From NCBI RefSeq assembly GCF_001447785.1, contig NW_015169789.1, positions 197,858 through 261,857 on the forward strand: a stretch of 64,000 bases of DNA. The letters run 5' to 3'. The translations under genes and the position numbers were made by a program. The notes beneath the pieces were generated by a model. It had not been told where the DNA came from. It saw only the letters and a list, made by a program, of their open reading frames with translations, and ran no database searches. Positions 50,018 to 62,780 of the stretch are shown in pieces (position 1 is the stretch's first letter; each line of letters opens with the position of its first letter). This DNA comes from Gekko japonicus (taxonomy: Eukaryota).

Positions 50018-50203
50018 TAGGGTTGCCAGGTCTGGATTTGAAAATACCTGGAGACTTTAGGGGTGGATCCAGGAGAGGGTGGGGTTTGGGGAGGGGATGG
50101 GCCTCACATGGTACAATGCCATAGATTCCACTATTCAAGGCAGCCATTTTCTCCAGGGGAGCTGATCTCGTCAGCTGGAGATCAGTTGTAAACGGCAACC
50201 CTA
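50018..50203 (-). mobile_element. Blackjack-like hAT MITE
   Basis: TIRs TAGGGTTGCC/GGCAACCCTA; TSD GAGTGCTG/GAGTGCCG. Confidence 0.88.
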
Positions 50204-50975
50204 GAGTGCCGTCTCCTGGTCTTTGACGGTGTGCCCTTGACACCGGCACCAACTGTCAAGAGCTGGGTGTGATTCTGGATGCCTCCTTATTAATGGAGGC
50301 CCAAATTGCAAATGTTGCCAGGCTGGTGATTTTCCAGCTACGCCAGGTCAGGCAACTGGCCCCCTACCTGTCTCGCCCCAACCTAGCCACTGTAATCCAT
50401 GCAACGGTCACCTGCAGAATGGACTACTGTAACTTGCTCTACGTGGGCCTACCCCTGAGTCTGACCTGGAAACTCCAACTGATCCAGAATGTGGCAGTGT
50501 GAGTCCCCACACAGACTCCACACACAGCCTAATTCCGCCCTATGCTTCGTGAGCTGCACTGGCTTCCAGTGGAGTACTGGATCAGGTCCAAGGTTATGGG
50601 GTTAACTTTTAAGGCCCTTAATGGTCAGGGAACCACATATCTTCGGGACCACCTCTCCTGGTATACCCCCCAAAGGTCATTATGCTCAGCTTATAAGAAC
50701 TTGCTGGTGGTCCCCGGCTGTCCTTGACCAGGGCCAGGGTGTTTTCAGCCCTGGCCTCAAGCTAGTGGAAATCTCTGCCGAATGATATTCATGCCCTGTG
50801 GGACTCAATGCCCTTTCGCAGGGCATGTAAGGTGGAGATGTTCCGCCAGGCATTTGGCTGAGGACAGCAATGATATCCATCTGGCTGGCACTCCTGCTGC
50901 TCTTGCCCCCCCCCCCCACGAGGCAGTGGCACATTCTGGCAGTCTTATCGCCACCTGACTAGTAATTATGTTGTC

Positions 50976-51374
50976 CAGGGCTTTTTTTGTAGAAAAAGCC
51001 CAGCAGGAACTCATTAGCATAATAGGCCACACCCAAGAGCAGAAACTCATTGGCATATTAGGCCACACCCCCGACAACACAGCTAATTCATATATTAGGC
51101 CGCACCCTCATGTTATCAGAAGTGTGGTCATCCAGCCACACACACCTTTTGCTTCTTATTCTGTTTACCTTGTTTGTGGTCAAAACCCAGGGCTTTTTTG
51201 TAGCAGGAAGGAACTCCTTTGCATGTTAGGCCACACACCCCTAATGTAGCCCATCCTAATGAGTTTCTGCTGCTGGGTGTGGCCTATTACGCTAACAAGT
51301 TCCTGCTGGGCATGGCCAGCTCAGGAGCCAGCTGGAACTCCGTTCCTGTGCGTTCCTGCCCAAAAATAGCCCTG
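50976..51374 (+). mobile_element. Non-autonomous hAT MITE (CAGGGCT-type), copy 2
   Basis: Perfect TSD ATGTTGTC (50968-50975, 51375-51382). Confidence 0.92.
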
Positions 51375-51616
51375 ATGTTGTCTATTTTATGATTTTAAAC
51401 TTTTTATTATAACTGTGTGAAGATTTTTCCGATGTATACCACCCTGAGCCCTGTCTTACAGGGGCGGATAGTCTACAAATTGAATTTAATAAATAGTGGT
51501 ATTAGTATTTTTATTATTAAGTGTACACAAAAGTCTGTAATATGTTTTATGTACACAAAACATATTAAAGAGAATAATATGTTTATACGGTGCATATCAC
51601 TAACCACTAATATTTT

Positions 51617-51810
51617 CAGGTGGGTGTTGGTCTGAAGCAGCAGAACACAGTGAGTCCAGTGGCTCCTTTAAGACCAACGAAGTTTTATTCTGGGTATAAG
51701 TTTTTATGTGCATGCACACTTTTTCGCAAACCACAAGCACATAAAAACTTATACCTAGAATAAAACTTTGTTGGTCTTAAAGGTGCCACTGGACTCAAAC
51801 TTTGTTCCAG
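51617..51810. mobile_element. Inverted pair of Penelope pseudo-LTRs (61-bp hairpin)
   Basis: Arms 51651-51711 and 51737-51797 with 3 mismatches; flanked by the direct repeat TAATATTTT. Confidence 0.8.
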
Positions 51811-53620
51811 TAATATTTTGTTATCAGTAATAATCTGGTTTAGAGTATGTCTGTTCAATAATACGAGTACATTATAAACAAGATTTAAGGGTAATAGTAA
51901 TATAATTTTGGTTTAATATATAATTTGAGAATTATGGCCTTGTTGACTTGCAGCTCAATGCGAAGTGTATTCACCCAAAAGTAAATCTCACTCATTTCAG
52001 TGGGGCTATTTTCCAAATAAGCATGCAAGAATTGCTGCATTAATCTGTAGTGCCATTGATTTTAGGAGACCATTTTGGAGAAAGACTTCTAAAGAATGAA
52101 AGCTTCCATAGCTATCTGCACCGTGACTATATTCCTTGCCTACAGCCCCCATGAGGTATTCATGAAAATCACTCCACTAGCTATAGTTTAGTGCCTTGCT
52201 CCCAGATATGAAAGCCACAATGGGAAAATACAAGGAGAAGTCCGACTTGTGCTGTGATCTTTTAAAGGGATGCCACTGATTTTGGTTAATCCTGGGCATC
52301 CACCAGACAGAATTTTGATTTATCAGAGAATCCCAAAGGATCTGGGAATAGCATGTCTTCCTATTATTTTTGAGTTTTACCTTAGGGGTGAATAACAGAC
52401 ATTCTGGCCATTATAGCCCTAAATAAGGATTTCCTGCTTTTCTTGGATCAGGCAAGAAGCTTGGACACTATAGTAGCTAGTCCAGAAGTGTGGCGCAAGA
52501 TCTGGTTTCTGTGGGAAAAAAACAAAGTTCTCTAATTCCTGCTCTAAGAAACCCATGTGCTCTCCTTTTTTTGTTTGAAAACTGATTAGGAGATTAGTAG
52601 ACTGCAAAGGTCCTGATAGTTGCCAGGCACTGGGGGTAAAACCCTCTCTCTTTCCGAAAGTAAAAGGTTTTCTATTTCTCTGTGCTGGGAAAGCAGCTGG
52701 GCTTCTTTAAATAACCACTGAACTCTTTCAAGACAAACAGAAAGTCAAGCTGCTTTGTACTTAAGGAAACGTTTCAGTGGATCTTTATTTAGGGTTTAGC
52801 ATACACTCCTCTGTGATGCATATCCAAGACTATAGAAAAGCAGTGAACCTATGCAGATTGGGAGAAAGTCCCACTGAATTTATTTCCAAAGAAACATGCA
52901 TAGGATCGGGTAATTAGTATGTAACTCAGGAATGTTCAGTAGTAGTACTAATTAGAACTTCTACTCTTGGTTATGGTCTATGCACAAATTAAGTGATCCC
53001 CACTTTTGCAGCAATAATATGGGCAGTTCCCCTGTGGTTTACCTATCTTGGTTCGCCCTCACACTGTCTCACACTGAATATGTTGCACTGGAAAACAATG
53101 CAGCTTGAACTCAACTTCCTTTGCTGCATTGTTTCTACTAGGTGTACACCTTTTTTTTTAGCAGCTACAAGTGCTAATATCTCATTGCATTGCAGTCCTA
53201 GCATGTAAAAGCTAAATGAGAAATCTAAATCTATTGCTAATAGTTTTTTTAGTATCCAAAAACAATGAGAATCTCTGTTTTTCTCTTGTGATATTGACCT
53301 CTGGATACCTGTGGCTGTGATCCCATGCACAAATTATTCAGGTGTATGCCTTATTGAACCACACAAGGTCTACTTCTGAGTTAACTGAAGATATATAGAG
53401 GATTTGGCTGTGAAAATCCACAAGAGAATCTGTGCAGAAGGTATCTTTCTCATGTCCATTATAAATGCTAGGCTACATAAAGAAACACTATCCTAGGCAT
53501 GGTAAGATTCTTTGCCAGGGATTATAACACCAATGATAAAAACTATTTATCTTTCACATACTGGATGCCAGGTTTGCTGTGATGATGAAATGTACTTGGC
53601 ATGACAGGTGGCACACAGCC

Positions 53621-53729
53621 CTGCATAGCAACCCTGGACTTCCTTGGTGGTCTCCCATCCAAGTACTAACCAGGGCCAACCCTGCTTACCTTCTGAGATC
53701 AGACTAGCCTGTGCCATTCAGGTCAGGGC
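53621..53729 (-). mobile_element. 5S rRNA-derived SINE head (5S-Sauria-like), not a functional 5S gene
   Basis: tctgatctcagaaggtaagcagggttggccctggttagtacttggatgggagaccacc matches the 5S internal control region; both ends diverge from 5S rRNA. Confidence 0.85.
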
Positions 53730-55219
53730 AAGATACAACCGGATATTAGCAAAGGGAAGCTGAAGAAAAAAGAAAGAGCAATCAATACAACACTCTTTGG
53801 TGTCACCTACAGCGCCCAGCTATTATGTGTTTTATTTATTTGAAACATTAGCTGCTTTCCTTCCAAATGGAGCTCAAGGCAGCTTGCAGTATAGCTAAAA
53901 TACATAAAATATAAATGTATCATCAATTATCCTGGAAAATTATACTTGTCTCTGAGAGGCCTTGGGTGGGGTAGGCCTTTTCTTACTTACAAAGAACCCC
54001 TGATATAAAGCAGCCATCCATCAGCAACTTTGAATGGCAGAGGCTGCTTCCACATGGGAATTTCCTTCCACATGGAATGCAGGAAGACCCCAGATTAAAG
54101 GGGAATGTCTACATGATGCAGTGCTCATTCTGAGCACAAACTCATGGCATTTCCAGGGCTTCCCCTTTGATCTGCAGAACTGTGGGGTGGCTGTGGATGC
54201 TCCACCTATAGCCACCATGGTGTTGGTGGTGTGATGGGTAGCTAAGTGCTGCTTTCAAAATAGCACACGGCAGCTTGCTGCTGTGTACCGTTTGCATCCA
54301 TTTTAGATTTTTAAAGGGATTTTTCTTCTATTTCCCAGATGAGTTACAGTATGGCTTGGTAGGGGAAGAGGAAGTGGGGAAAAGAGTTTCTGAGTCTGAG
54401 GATGTAGGTGTGGTTGCTGTTTGGTCTGTATTTTTTGTGCAGGTGTGTTATGCGGTTGTGTTGTGCAGGCCCTGCCCACATCTGCCTCTGCTGCTGCTGC
54501 GGGTGTGTGTTTCCATGCCCCTGTCCAGAAGCAATTATAACTTGAGGCACCAGACCAGACCTGTATCAAACTCAGGTGCAGGTCACTTCGTTAAAGGACC
54601 TAATAACACCAGCCATACTGCCAGGGGCTCAATCATCTGCTCATCCTCCAGTGTGATATATTGGAGGATGAGCAAAAACATATACTGCAGGGCCAGCATA
54701 GCGTAGTGGTTAGAGTGTCAGACTAGTATCCGGGAGGCCAAGGTTTGAATTTCCCGTATGCCATGGAAACTTGCTGGGTAGCTTTGGGTGCATCACACAT
54801 TCTCGGTCTAGCCCACCTCACAGGGTTGTGGAAGCGAGCCGAGCCACTGTGGGAAAATGCTGATCTCCCTCCCAACCCGCCCCCGCTGTTCCCACTATGG
54901 CCACCACCCGGAAGGAGGGGACCACAGCTGGCAGGGTCTGAGGCATGGAAAGAGGGGGTAGGAAGTGCCTGGGGGGGGGGGCAGGGTGCCAGTTGCCCAG
55001 AAGAACATGGCCTCGGCTGCCCTTCACCACTGTGAATGCTGTCACCTCTTCCTGCAGAGCCTGGCCAGCCGCTGCCGGGATGGTGTCCCCCTCCTGCTCT
55101 TGCCGTCCATACGGACGGTCTGCTCTATCCACTTACTGCCAGTGCTGTACGTCTGGGTGGCGCAGTGATGGTGGAGAAGACGCGATGCCCACTGTTACTG
55201 AGCTTGCAGGTATAGGTAG

Positions 55220-55375
55220 GAACTCTCGGGGGGGGGGCAACAGTGGGAGGGCTTCTAGTGTCCTGGTCCCACTGCTGGACCTCCTGATGGCACCTGGTAT
55301 TTTTGGCCACAGTGTGACATAGTGCTGGATGGGCCATTGGCCTGATTCAACATTGGCTTCTCTTATGTTCTTATG
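55220..55375 (+). mobile_element. CR1 3' end
   Basis: Matches 4015-4145; tail ttctcttatgttcttatgtt. Confidence 0.85.
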
Positions 55376-55449
55376 TTAACCATATCAGGATCTCTTGAAG
55401 AGGGGAAGGGGCGACAGTGACAGCAGAGCTAGGGATATGTGAGGGTTTC

Positions 55450-58400
55450 TGGCCACCTGCCATTTGTATAAGTGGATCTATTGCAGCTGGCAAAGGACAT
55501 CTGTAGAACAAGACTGTGGTCTAAGCGACTAGCCACTGTGATAACGGAATGGGGGAGTCATGGAGGGAACCACACATCCATCCAGATGGCTGATCCCTCC
55601 ATGGTGCTAGCCCTGTGCATCCACCTAGCATAGGGTGGACACTTCTAGCTCTGCAGGCATTAGACTCCGGGATGAGAGTTCTGGCAGAGAGCTGGCTCTG
55701 CAGACAGACCAATAACCAAGTTGCTTATGGTTGCCATTCTTGTTATCGTGTGGCGTGAGCTGAAGCCCATGGCTTCTCTTTGCTCGGGCTCCTCATTAAC
55801 ACACTCAGATCACCCACAGGCTCAAGGGACCAAGAGGTTACTTCCAGTCCACCATGCCAGGTTTGCTCCAGTGCCTTGGTGCTTTTGGATCTCGGGAAGG
55901 CCCCCCCCCAGTGATTGATCCTCACCCCCTGCGCACAGACACGAGCAGGGGGTCGTCAGTGCCCCCACCACTGGTCTGTTCGGACCACAGTGGGAGTGCA
56001 CCATTGGCCAGTTCAAAAGACATGGGAAACAGGTGCAGGACTGATTGCCATCGTGACATGGGTGGCCAAACAGCAGGGGCTTCCTTGGCCTGAGGCTTAC
56101 TTTCACCTTCTATTCTTTAACCATTTCTGGATCCCCTGAAAAAGGGAAGGGGCAACAATGACAGCAGATAGGAATCTCCAGACTAAATGCGAATGTATGT
56201 CCATGTTGCACTTGTACATTGACTTGTTTTTGATGGCTACGGACATCTGGAAAAGCAGGCTGTTTCCAGAGCAATCAGCCATTTTCATTAAGGAACAGGG
56301 ACCAGGGGTCAGCAGTGCGGATGGCTGATCCCTTCATGGTGCTAGTCCCGTGCACCCTCCTAGCGTAGGATGGTGCTCCTAGCTCTGTGGACCAGGGCTG
56401 GCTCCAGGTTTTTTTGTACACTAGGCGAGGCTACCTTCTGGCGCCCCCCCCCCGTACCCACCAATTATGGGGTTGCCAACCTCCAGGCAGGGCCTGGAGA
56501 GAAGGAAGACTTTCCTCCATGCAAACTCTGGAGTCTCCCGCTCCCCCCCCCTTAAGTTGAATGAAAAACGTTTTCTATCAGGAAGCATTAAAAAGAAAAA
56601 AAAAGTGGAGAGAGGCTGGCGTTGATTAAAAAACCCACATTTTCAAATTGCCTTCACGGAGAGCTTCCCCCGTGTTGATTCTCCCCACTTCTTCCCAACC
56701 GCTTCTTCCACCCTTCTTCCAATTGCAGCAGTTATTTCATTCCCCCCTTTTTTTAAAAAATGAGGGTGGGGTGTGTTTTTTTTGAAGAAGAAGCAACCCA
56801 GCCGGAGAATCCGGGAAGAAAAAGAGGAGGTGGGCAAGGAAGGCAGGAAGCCACCCGGGCAGGGGATTTATCCCAAAGAAGCCGGGAGAGAGAGGGCTTT
56901 CCGGAGGGTTGCCAAATGTGCCCATGTCTGGGCTGAATCACGTGCGCCCGTAAGGGCACAGAGAAAGGCGGTGAAGCCCCTGTCCCCGAACAGCTCCGAT
57001 TTCCAAGGCTGGGGCAGCGGGCCGGGGGGGTGAAGGATCAGCTTTCTGTTGGCCAAGCATGGGCACCGCTCAGCCAGCCCTGTCTGCCTGGGCTTGGGAT
57101 CCGACGGCCAGCATGGGCGGGACTAGCAGGCGAGCCCCATCGGGCGGGCTCCAGGGCTGGGGCGCGCTGCCCTTGGCCACCATCCTGGGCTCTGGAGCTG
57201 CTGCTGTGGGTGGGCGGCTGACTGCATAACTTCAAAAGGAGACGAGCAGGCGGGGAGGCGGGGGCACCGGGAAGAAGGGATCCTGAGCCTTAGTTGGAGG
57301 CACCACTGCTGCACACTGAACCTCTGATGAGTGTGCGACGAGGAGGAGGAGGAAGGCGACACCCACTTAGCAGCCCCACCATCTCCGCTGGCTCCTCTCC
57401 GACTGCAAGGGGGAAACACTCGAGCAAGGGCAGGACTCGGAAGGCAGGAAGGATGCCACGCGGCCAGCCCACCTCTCCGCTGCCACCTTCTCCTTTTCCT
57501 CTGTGCAGCCCCAAGGCCGCGGAGGAGCCCCTCAGGACAGGCCCCAAGAGCGGTGGGTGGGGTGCAGTTTGGTGCCCCTAAGGGCCGGTGCACTCTAGGC
57601 AAATGCCTAGTTTGCCTAGTGAGTGAGCCGGCCCTGCTGTGGACACAGGGCCCTGGGATGATTGTGAGGGGCTGTGACCTGCACATGTACCAACGGCCTC
57701 TTCCATCATGGTACCCCACCCCTGGAGCTATAGCTCAGAATCGCCAGTGCCAATCAGTTTTGTGACTGGCAGCTGACAGAGCAAGTTAAACACTGCTTTG
57801 TGTTGTTCCAGCCTGCCATTTGCATACCCAAATCTACCCAGGGCTGTTGGGATCCTGGCAGCCCTTGTGGGCCTCCATAGGGGACTACCCTGTGTAACTG
57901 ACCAGCTTGGTTTCCAAATGTGGGCAAGCCACTCTGCAGCAATGGCCAGTGCCCCCACAACGCCTTTGGCGAGGTGGCCCCTGCCAGACCTTCCTAGCCA
58001 CGCTGGCGCCATATGGGACTGCAACACCACCCAGGCGCCTTCCCAAGGGCACCACCTACGGCATTCTCCCAGAGGATCCCTAAGGTGCCAGGACACCCCC
58101 CCCCCCGTTTCAAGCTGGGACTTAGGAGCTCCTTCTGACTGACTGGGGGGGGGGCAGCCCATAGCCTTTCCCCTCCCTCATCTGTGTATGGTCCTCTGGC
58201 AGCATTACTGTGAGGATGATGCCCATGTCTCTGTTGTGTCCGGAAGGGGCATCTGGATCGCCTAGCAGCCTCTACAGCCTCCCTCCCACCAGAGACCACA
58301 ACACACACGGATACCTGAGTTGAGGCACTCTTATTAACCTTAACTGAAGGGACCCAGAAACAAGCAAGCGGTTAGGGTGAGAGGCCAGTGCTTTGGGACA

Positions 58401-59835
58401 TAGTGCCAAGTGCTCCTTGACTTCCGGGGCACCTTCCTGATGGGCCTGGGTGTGAAATGCCGGAGGCTGAATGTCCATGCATGCTTCTGAGAGTTGCCTC
58501 CTTCTGCGGACAGGGCACACGGACGGCTAGTGGCGTGGCGGTTGGGGTGACGTCTCTCACTATTGGATTGGTACCTGTGTTAGGAGGGAAACACATGGAG
58601 GAGCAGGGGCCAGCATTCCCTGTTGACAGCTTGCCAGGCACGGGGTACTCCAAGAAGGGCCACCATGCAGAGCAGTGAGCGCCCCCTCAGGCAGTTTGAT
58701 GTGGCAAGGCCTCCCCGACCCCTGTATCCAGACCACATTCTACTTCTTTCTCCCTCATGTCTGCTCTGGCAGCACTTGGCAAGGGCACATCGTCAGCTGC
58801 GTCAGGGCCATCTGTTCCTGCAGGGGAGAAGATTTGGCCATCATATGTCATCGCTCAGCACTCTGGTTGGTGGCCCTTCCCACTCGCTGTGGGGGTGGAC
58901 CCTGCCAACTTGTGTGGCGGGCAGGCCAGTGCTGAGGCATCCCATCTGGCCTATTGCTCCGGCAGCTGCCTCAGCTAGGCCTCCACGCACCCACCTGTTT
59001 GGTGCGTGGGGATTGTAGGGGCTTGGGGAGCTGCTGGGACCGGGAGATGCCATGGCCAGTGCAGCTCTGTGCCACTCTTGTTGGCCAAGGAAGTGAAGGG
59101 GGTTGAGAAAAGGGTTCCTTGCTTACCTGTTCATGTGGAGCTGCCCCTTTGGATCCTGGGAGAGGAGATAGGCACCTCTTTGGGTGCCTGTGGTGTGTTC
59201 CTTCCAGGTGCTCCCCTGGTTGTGGTACGTGCCCCTCTGTACTTGCCCTGCTACCAGTGTGCATCTGCGCTCGCTCTAAGTCTGCACACCAGGGAGCTGT
59301 CAGATAGCGTGCCATGCCACGCACCCTACCTCATGAGTTCTGGGGAGACGCATTTGGGGGGGCATGATTGGGTGCTGGGGAGGGGGTGCACCCATTTTGA
59401 GGAAGGTGCTGATTGGATGCACCCTTAGTTGGTATCCTAAGCTGCTTGGAGTCCCCTGAGTGTGGTTACAGTAGCGGGAGGGGGGAATGCATTTTGGTTC
59501 AAAATGGGACCCAATGGGCTATGCCAGCATTCTTGGCAAGCACAAGTTTGCCCCTGTTCAGGGAGGCACTCCTGCATTGGAAGCACTTAGGGAGCCACCA
59601 TAATGCCACCATGTCCCGGCACACTCTGTTTCCCCGCCGGCGTAGGGGTTTTTGTTGGAGCTTCCCCGGTTTGCTGCAGTGGTACAGCTGCACCAGTGGT
59701 ACTGCGGGGCACAGCACCACTAGTGCCCTGCACTGACATAACTGGCCATTACGCTGGCATAAACCGGACTTATGCCGGCATTCAGGACAGTCGGGTCTCT
59801 GTGCTGATTAGTTCCAACCCGCCAGAATTGTGCTG
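55450..59835 (-). mobile_element. Ancient, heavily decayed PIF/Harbinger-like transposon relic (boundaries uncertain)
   Basis: Scattered minus-strand peptides QKEATL, VNKSA, NGRLEQHKAVFN and TIIPGPCVH occur in the order of Harbinger transposase motifs RKATF, VGKST, GxLDxxKxxFN and IAACCVLHN. Confidence 0.4.
56393..57636. mobile_element. 1244-bp non-autonomous hAT element with GC-rich cargo
   Basis: TIRs CAGGGCTGGCTC/GAGCCGGCCCTG; perfect TSD CTGTGGAC (56385-56392, 57637-57644). Confidence 0.9.
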
Positions 59836-60755
59836 TCAGTCCAGCATCCTGTTTCACACAGCGCCCTGCGGAGTCAACATGCAGGGCATAAAGGCCAAAT
59901 TCTCCCTCTGATGTGTCCTCCCAGCACTGGTATTCAGAGGTCTACGACGTCTGGATATGACGTTTCCTTTTGGTTATAGTTGCTAGTCGTCACTGATAGT
60001 TCTACCCTTCATGAATCTGTCAAATCCTTCCTTAAAGTGATTTCCTTATGGTTTAATAAAAATGAGGGTTTCTCACACTGGTACTTCTTGCATTTCATGG
60101 AACCCTGCTCCCCAATAACCATATAAGTATTTGCCAACTAAGATTGCATTTGATGAGGTGAACTGTAGTCTATGAAAGCTTATGCCACCTAAGCAGAATT
60201 AATACACTTCTAAGTGCACTGAAGTCAATGAGCTTAGAAGTGTGTAACTCTGTTTAGAATGGCACTGTCAAGTCTGTTAACTGCCACAAGAGTGGGCCAG
60301 CCTTTAGCAGCATCTTCTTTTGCGAGTGCTAAGCTGTTAAAGAGACAGACAGGCCCAGCTGCCCTACCCCCCCTTGCTCTGAAATGACATGTTTCCCCTC
60401 ACTCCTTAAATCCCACATGTTGAATTATGCATAACCTTTAATTCTGACTGATGCAAAACTGTTCCATTAAGACTATAGTCCCATGCACACATACTTGTAG
60501 ATAAGCACTGACCATTTTAGTGGGACTTATGTCTGTGTGAAAATTCATGCAATCAGGCTGAACAGGCAGTCAGAAAGAGCTTCAACTTTGATTCTCCTTC
60601 TTTTTCAAATTCCCTTGAAAAGTAGTACATATGCATATTCAGAAACTTTACAAAAAACTTTGAATTTTTTTTTTAGTCAGTACTTGTGTATAAATTAATG
60701 TGTTTTAGTGGGAGCACAAATGAAGATCACAACCCCTACTTCTGTGACTGGAAAT

Positions 60756-61231
60756 CAGCCCTGGATTAATCATTAAGCAAAATAAGCACGTGCTTAGGGC
60801 ACCAAGGGAAAGGGGGCACCACAGAGTTCCCCCCTAGCTAGTACGCCATTAACTCTTTCACTGCCACACTCTAGTCAATTTTTTTTTGTAATTGTCCTTA
60901 TCTGCCATGTTCGGTTTTAATTTGCATTGTCAAAAATGTTTTCTTTGGCATGGTGAGTGACTAAAGTTTAAAAGTTAGGTTTGAAGGTGTCATCAGATAC
61001 TACATTTGTTTCTGGCTCATGGCATAAGAGTTTCACTTAGTCGAGTGTAAACACAGGTGGCTACTTCTTGCTAGCATTTAACTCATCAGCTGGTTTGTAT
61101 AACGGACCCTTAAGCTCTTTATTTTATTATTTATTTTACTGGTTTTTCATGTACATGAGGTAAGTTTTAGTGCCAAGAGGCACCATTATTTGGATGTGCT
61201 TAGGGCATCAGTTGACCTTAATTTGCCCATG
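60756..61231. mobile_element. hAT MITE
   Basis: Perfect TSD CTGGAAAT (60748-60755, 61232-61239); subterminal gtgcttagggca at both ends; degraded TIRs. Confidence 0.8.
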
Positions 61232-61899
61232 CTGGAAATAAATGCTTTTTAAAACAGCTGATTCATGTGTGTTCCCACTTCAAATGCTATAGTGCGAATG
61301 TAACATGTACTAATGTGGACAGAGTACTCATGCGGGCAGGTGGCAGGGTTTAATTGACTACAGGAATGACTGTGCAGAGAACTCACAAATTTAAGATCAA
61401 ACCTCTACATTTAGTTTACAACTAAACCTTGAGCAGTAGAAAAACTATACTATCTATTTACTTCATTTGTAGCCCACTTTTCTTCCCAATAGGGACCCAA
61501 AGTGCCTTACACTATTCTCCCCTTTGCATTGTATTCTCACAGCCTTGTGAGGTAGAGATGCATCAGTGGCCCAAGGTCATCCGGCAAGCTTCCACTGATG
61601 AGTGGGGATTCAAACTTGAGTACCCCAGGTACACTGTAACCACACCACACTGGCTCACACACTACCCTATAAACTAGAATATACAATTAATGTTCTAGAC
61701 ATCTGATTTTGGCACTTCAATCGTGAGTACAAGGGACACTATGCATGATCCCCCTCATGTTGCCTTTTATATAACTGGTCACGTGTATTTTCCTTGCACA
61801 TATAGCTTTGGTCCTCGTGAACAGAACTCCGGTTCTGGTGGGAATACATCTGTGAATACTGAAGCTTTACATACATGGAAAATACGCACAATGAGTTCC

Positions 61900-62226
61900 C
61901 TTCGCACGAAGTGGCAAACGCACATGGGAAGGACTGTGCACAGCCTATATTCGCGTTACACATGACTGGAGCGCGAAAATCGGAAGACTGAAAAATGCTT
62001 TGACGCAACTATGTTTTACATATTATTTCTGCCATTACTTTGCTAACGAGTCACATTTTAAGAAAAGAGTCACCTTTTGGCGAAAGTTGTCTAGTTTCTA
62101 CAAACTCTCCTTGCCACTATACTCAGCCACCGCCGCCTGCCCAAACCGGAAGTGGCGGTGTCGCACCTCAGGGACAACGGAAAGGAAGTGGCTGCGTCAC
62201 CCGGAAACGGAAGTAGCAAGGTTTCC
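61900..62226 (+). promoter_or_regulatory. PGS1: PGS1 TATA-less housekeeping-type promoter
   Basis: ETS/GABP sites CCGGAAGT 62146-62153, AGGAAGTG 62183-62190, CGGAAGT 62208-62214; half-CRE 62193-62200; E2F-like GCGCGAAA 61971-61978; YY1-like ATGGCGGC at the start codon; CpG-rich. Confidence 0.75.
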
Positions 62227-62369
62227 ATGGCGGCGGTTGTGGTGGCCGAGGCGCCTGTTCTATGGAGGCGGTTTTTAGAGTTTTTGCCCCGGGGGAGGCC
62301 TGCTTTGGCCGCGCTGCTTGGTCGGCTGTCGGACCGCTTGACTCAAGGCCGCGAACGCCGCGCACGCGG
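62227..62369 (+). CDS. PGS1: Phosphatidylglycerophosphate synthase 1, first coding exon (mitochondrial presequence); rest of gene outside the window
   Basis: MAAVVVAEAPVLWRRFLEFLPRGRPALAALLGRLSDRLTQGRERRAR resembles the mammalian PGS1 N-terminus (..FWRRLLGLLPGRPGLAALLGRLSDRL..); donor GG|GTGAGA at 62370; known SOCS3-PGS1 head-to-head synteny. Confidence 0.92.
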
Positions 62370-62780
62370 GTGAGATGGAGCTGAGTTCTTCTGTGTCATT
62401 TCCTGGTTCTTTAGGTTGGGGGGGGGGGGGGCTCACACTTGCGAGCTCATAGCTTGCCTCACCTTGGGAGACGTGCTAGTTGGAATTATAAAAGTGTCGT
62501 GGGGTGGGGAAGAGGAAGGTTGAGGGAAAAGTGGGGAATGTTGGGTTTAATCTAACGTTTTTATGGGTTGGACTGCTCATGCATGTGACTGCGTGTAGAG
62601 GAATGTGTCCCTATTTTTATTTTTACTAATGGTCCTCAGTTTGGGCCGTAGTTTATCCGCTCCGTACCGAACAGGAAAATTGGGCTTGTTAATGTGAGTC
62701 AGGTTTCTTCCCGACATCTCCCGTTACAGTCTGCGCTGCAGATACAATTACTGTGCGTACGTTGGTATTTAATACTGCAA

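Larger units (their letters stand above)
49255..51490 (+). mobile_element. Decayed L2-clade LINE hosting three nested DNA transposons
   Basis: GVPQG, QYADD, CRMDYCN and LHWLP motifs; L2 tail near 51440-51490. Confidence 0.88.

Noticed and set aside
53621-53729. 5S rRNA gene
   Set aside because: Only the central part matches 5S. The ends are divergent and continue into SINE body sequence, with no oligo-T terminator.
62152-62373. 73-aa standalone ORF
   Set aside because: It is PGS1 exon 1 read from an upstream GTG into the intron; the TGA stop is part of the GTGAGA donor.
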